A stretch of 64,000 nt of DNA from Macrostomum lignano (Eukaryota). The stretch spans positions 17,590 through 81,589 of the forward strand of contig NIVC01000427.1 in the NCBI GenBank assembly GCA_002269645.1, in the 5' to 3' direction. This document shows, in pieces, positions 60,128-64,000 of this stretch (positions are counted from its first letter, which is position 1; each line of letters starts with the position of its first letter). Position numbers and translations under genes: made by a program. A model generated the notes under the pieces. That model was not told the origin of the DNA and made no database searches. It saw only the letters and a list, made by a program, of their open reading frames with translations.

Positions 60128-63100
60128 TCTGTCTATCAATCTACTTGGATCAAGGGTGCCTCTCTAACTGCTTCTGTCTATCAATCTACTTGGATCAAGG
60201 GCGCCTCTCTAACTGCTTCTGTCTATCAATCTACTTGGATCAAGGGTGCCTCTCTAACTGCTTCTGTCTATCAATCTACTTGGATCAAGGGCGCCTCTCT
60301 AACTGCTTCTGTCTATCAATCTACTTGGATCAAGGGCGCTCTCTAACTGCTTCTGTCTATCAATCTACTTGGATCAAGGGTGCCTCTCTAACTGCTTCTG
60401 TCTATCAATCTACTTGGATCAAGGGCGCCTCTCTAACTGCTTCTGTCTATCAATCTACTTGGATCAAGGCGCCTCTCTAACTGCTTCTGTCCATCAATCT
60501 ACATGTATGAAGGGCGCCTCTCTAACTGCATCTGTCCATCAATCTACATGTATGAAGGGCGCCTCTCTAACTGCTTCTGTCTATCAATCTACTTGGATCA
60601 AGGCGCCTCTCTAACTGCTTCTGTCTATCAATCTACTTGGATCAAGGGCGCCTCTCTAACTGCTTCTGTCTATCAATCTACTTGGATCAAGGGCGCCTCT
60701 CTAACTGCTTCTGTCCATCAATCTACATGTATGAAGGGCGCCTCTCTAACTGCGAATTCTGTCCATCAATCTACTTGTATGAAGGGCGCCTCTCTAACTG
60801 CTTCTGTCTATCAATCTACATGTATGAATGGCGCCTCTCTAACTGCTTCTGTCTATCAATCTACTTGGATCAAGGGCGCTCTCTAACTGCTTCTGTCCAT
60901 CAATCTACATGTATGAAGGGCGCCTCTCTAACTGCTTCTGTCTATCAATCTACATGTATGAAGGGCGCCTCTCTAACTGCTTCTGTCTATCAATCTACTT
61001 GGATCAAGGGCGCCTCTCTAACTGCTTCTGTCTATCAATCTACTTGGATCAAGGGCGCCTCTCTAACTGCTTCTGTCTATCAATCTACATGTATGAAGGG
61101 CGCCTCTCTAACTGCTTCTGTCCATCAATCTACATGTATGAAGGGCGCCTCTCTAACTGCTTCTGTCCATCAATCTACATGTATGAAGGGCGCCTCTCTA
61201 ACTGCTTCTGTCCATCAATCTACATGTATGAAGGGCGCCTCTCTAACTGCTTCTGTCCATCAATCTACATGTATGAAGGGCGCCTCTCTAACTGCTTCTG
61301 TCTATCAATCTACTTGGATCAAGGGCGCCTCTCTAACTGCTTCTGTCCATCAATCTACATGTATGAAGGGCGCCTCTCTAACTGCTTCTGTCCATCAATC
61401 TACATGTATGAAGGGCGCCTCTCTAACTGCTTCTGTCTATCAATCTACTTGGATCAAGGGCGCCTCTCTAACTGCTTCTGTCTATCAATCTACTTGGATC
61501 AAGGGCGCCTCTCTAACTGCTTCTGTCCATCAATCTACATGTATGAAGGCGCCTCTCTAACTGCTTCTGTCCATCAATCTACATGTATGAAGGGCGCCTC
61601 TCTAACTGCTTCTGTCCATCAATCTACATGTATGAAGGGCGCCTCTCTAACTGCTTCTGTCCATCAATCTACATGTATGAAGGGCGCCTCTCTAACTGCT
61701 TCTGTCTATCAATCTACTTGGATCAAGGGCGCCTCTCTAACTGCTTCTGTCTATCATCTACTTGGATCAAGGGCGCCTCTCTAACTGCTTCTGTCCATCA
61801 ATCTACATGTATGAAGGGCGCCTCTCTAACTGCGAATTCTGTCCATCAATCTACTTGTATGAAGGGCGCCCTCTCTAACTGCTTCTGTCTATCAATCTAC
61901 TTGGATCAAGGGCGCCTCTCTAACTGCTTCTGTCTATCAATCTACTTGGATCAAGGGCGCCTCTCTAACTGCTTCTGTCTATCAATCTACATGTATGAAG
62001 GGCGCCTCTCTAACTGCTTCTGTCCATCAATCTACATGTATGAAGGGCGCCTCTCTAACTGCTTCTGTCCATCAATCTACATGTATGAAGGGCGCCTCTC
62101 TAGCTGCTTCTGTCCATCAATCTACATGTATGAAAGGCGCCTCTCTAACTGCTTCTGTCCATCAATCTACATGTATGAAGGGCGCCTCTCTAACTGCTTC
62201 TGTCCATCAATCTACATGTATGAAGGGCGCCTCTCTAACTGCTTCTGTCCATCAATCTACATGTATGAAGGGCGCCTCTCTAACTGCTTCTGTCTATCAA
62301 TCTACTTGGATCAAGGGCGCCTCTCTAACTGCTTCTGTCTATCAATCTACTTGGATCAAGGGCGCCTCTCTAACTGCTTCTGTCTATCAATCTACTTGGA
62401 TCAAGGGCGCCTCTCTAACTGCTTCTGTCCATCAATCTACATGTATGAAGGGCGCCTCTCTAACTGCATCTGTCCATCAATCTACATGTATGAAGGGCGC
62501 CTCTCTAACTGCTTCTGTCTATCAATCTACTTGGATCAAGGGCGCCTCTCTAACTGCTTCTGTCTATCAATCTACTTGATCAAGGGCGCCTCTCTAACTG
62601 CTTCTGTCTATCAATCTACTTGGATCAAGGGCGCCTCTCTAACTGCTTCTGTCCATCAATCTACATGTATGAAGGGCGCCTCTCTAACTGCGAATTCTGT
62701 CCATCAATCTACTTGTATGAAGGGCGCCTCTCTAACTGCTTCTGTCTATCAATCTACATGTATGAATGGCGCCTCTCTAACTGCTTCTGTCTATCAATCT
62801 ACTTGGATCAAGGGCGCTCTCTAACTGCTTCTGTCCATCAATCTACATGTATGAAGGGCGCCTCTCTAACTGCTTCTGTCTATCAATCTACTTGGATCAA
62901 GGGCGCCTCTCTAACTGCTTCTGTCTATCAATCTACTTGGATCAAGGGCGCCTCTCTAACTGCTTCTGTCTATCAATCTACATGTATGAAGGGCGCCTCT
63001 CTAACTGCTTCTGTCTATCAATCTACATGTATGAAGGCGCCTCTCTAACTGCGAATTCTGTCCATCAATCTACATGTATGAAGGGCGCCTCTCTAACTGC

Positions 63101-64000
63101 TTCTGTCTATCAATCTACATGTATGAAGGGCGCCTCTCTAACTGCTTCTGTCCATCAATCTACATGTATGAAGGGCCCTCTCTAACTGCTTCTGTCTATC
63201 AATCTACTTGGATCAAGGGCGCCTCTCTAACTGCTTCCGTCCATCATCTACATGTATGAAGGGCGCCTCTCTAACTGCTTCCGTCTCAATCTACATGTAT
63301 GAAGGGCCCTCTCTAACTGCTTCTGTCCATCAATCTACTTGTATGAAGGGCGCCTCTCTAACTGCTTCTGTCCTCATCAATCTACATGTATGAAGGCGCC
63401 TCTCTAACTGCTTCTGTCCATCACATCTACATGTATGAAGGGCGCCTCTCTAACTGCGAATTCTGTCCATCAATCTACATGTATGAATGGGCCTCTCTAA
63501 CTGCTTCTGTCCATCAATCTACTTGTATGAAGGGCGCCTCTCTAACTGCTTCTGTCTATCAATCTACATGTATGAATGGCGCCTCTCTAACTGCTTCTGT
63601 CTATCAATCTACTGTATGAGGGCGCCTCTCTAACTGCTTCTGTCTATCAATCTACATGTATGAAGGCGCCTCTCTAACTGCTTCTGTCCATCAATCTACA
63701 TGTATGAAGGGCGCCTCTCTAACTGCTTCTGTCATCAATCTACATGTATGAATGCGCCTCTCTAACTGCGTTCTGTCCATCAATCTACTTGTATGAAGGG
63801 CGCCTCTCTAACTGCTTCTTCCATCAATCTACATGTATGAAGGCGCCTCTCTAACTGCTTCTGTCTATCAATCTACTTGTATGAAGGGCGCCTCTCTAAC
63901 TGTTCTGTCTATCAATCTACATGTATGAAGGCGCCTCTCTAACTGCTTCTGTCTATCAATCTACATGTATGAAGGGCGCCTCTCTAACTGCTTCTGTCTA
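60128..64000. repeat. 45-bp minisatellite running off the window end
   Basis: (GGGCGCCTCTCTAACTGCTTCTGTC[T/C]ATCAATCTAC[TTGGATC/ATGTATG]AA) about 85 copies. Confidence 0.98.

Overview
Eukaryotic (invertebrate) genomic DNA with GT-AG spliced genes. GC-rich exons, AT-rich spacers and minisatellite-stuffed introns resemble the flatworm Macrostomum lignano; this is an inference and was not tested. Genes reconstructed by eye: exon 1 of a triple-CCCH zinc-finger gene, CHMP3/VPS24 (2 exons), CHCHD2/10 (1 exon) and ERGIC1 (5 exons, 292 aa), all four consecutive on the minus strand; an intronless degenerate-vWA ORF (+); a Frizzled-5/8 gene (4 coding exons, 609 aa, minus); and an isolated first exon of PSMD1/Rpn2 (+). 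Mobile DNA: an LTR ending at a tRNA-Leu primer-binding site, whose U3 is an unusually ordered stack of palindromic transcription-factor motifs; two full-length mariner elements of different subfamilies (one a single base from intact); an RTE-like LINE 3' fragment; and at least six non-autonomous elements with 8-bp target-site duplications. About 22 kb (roughly a third of the window, hand estimate) consists of about 25 tandem arrays, which account for nearly all the long low-complexity ORFs in the track. No CRISPR array, rRNA or tRNA gene was found. All coordinates were read by eye; repeat boundaries are approximate.
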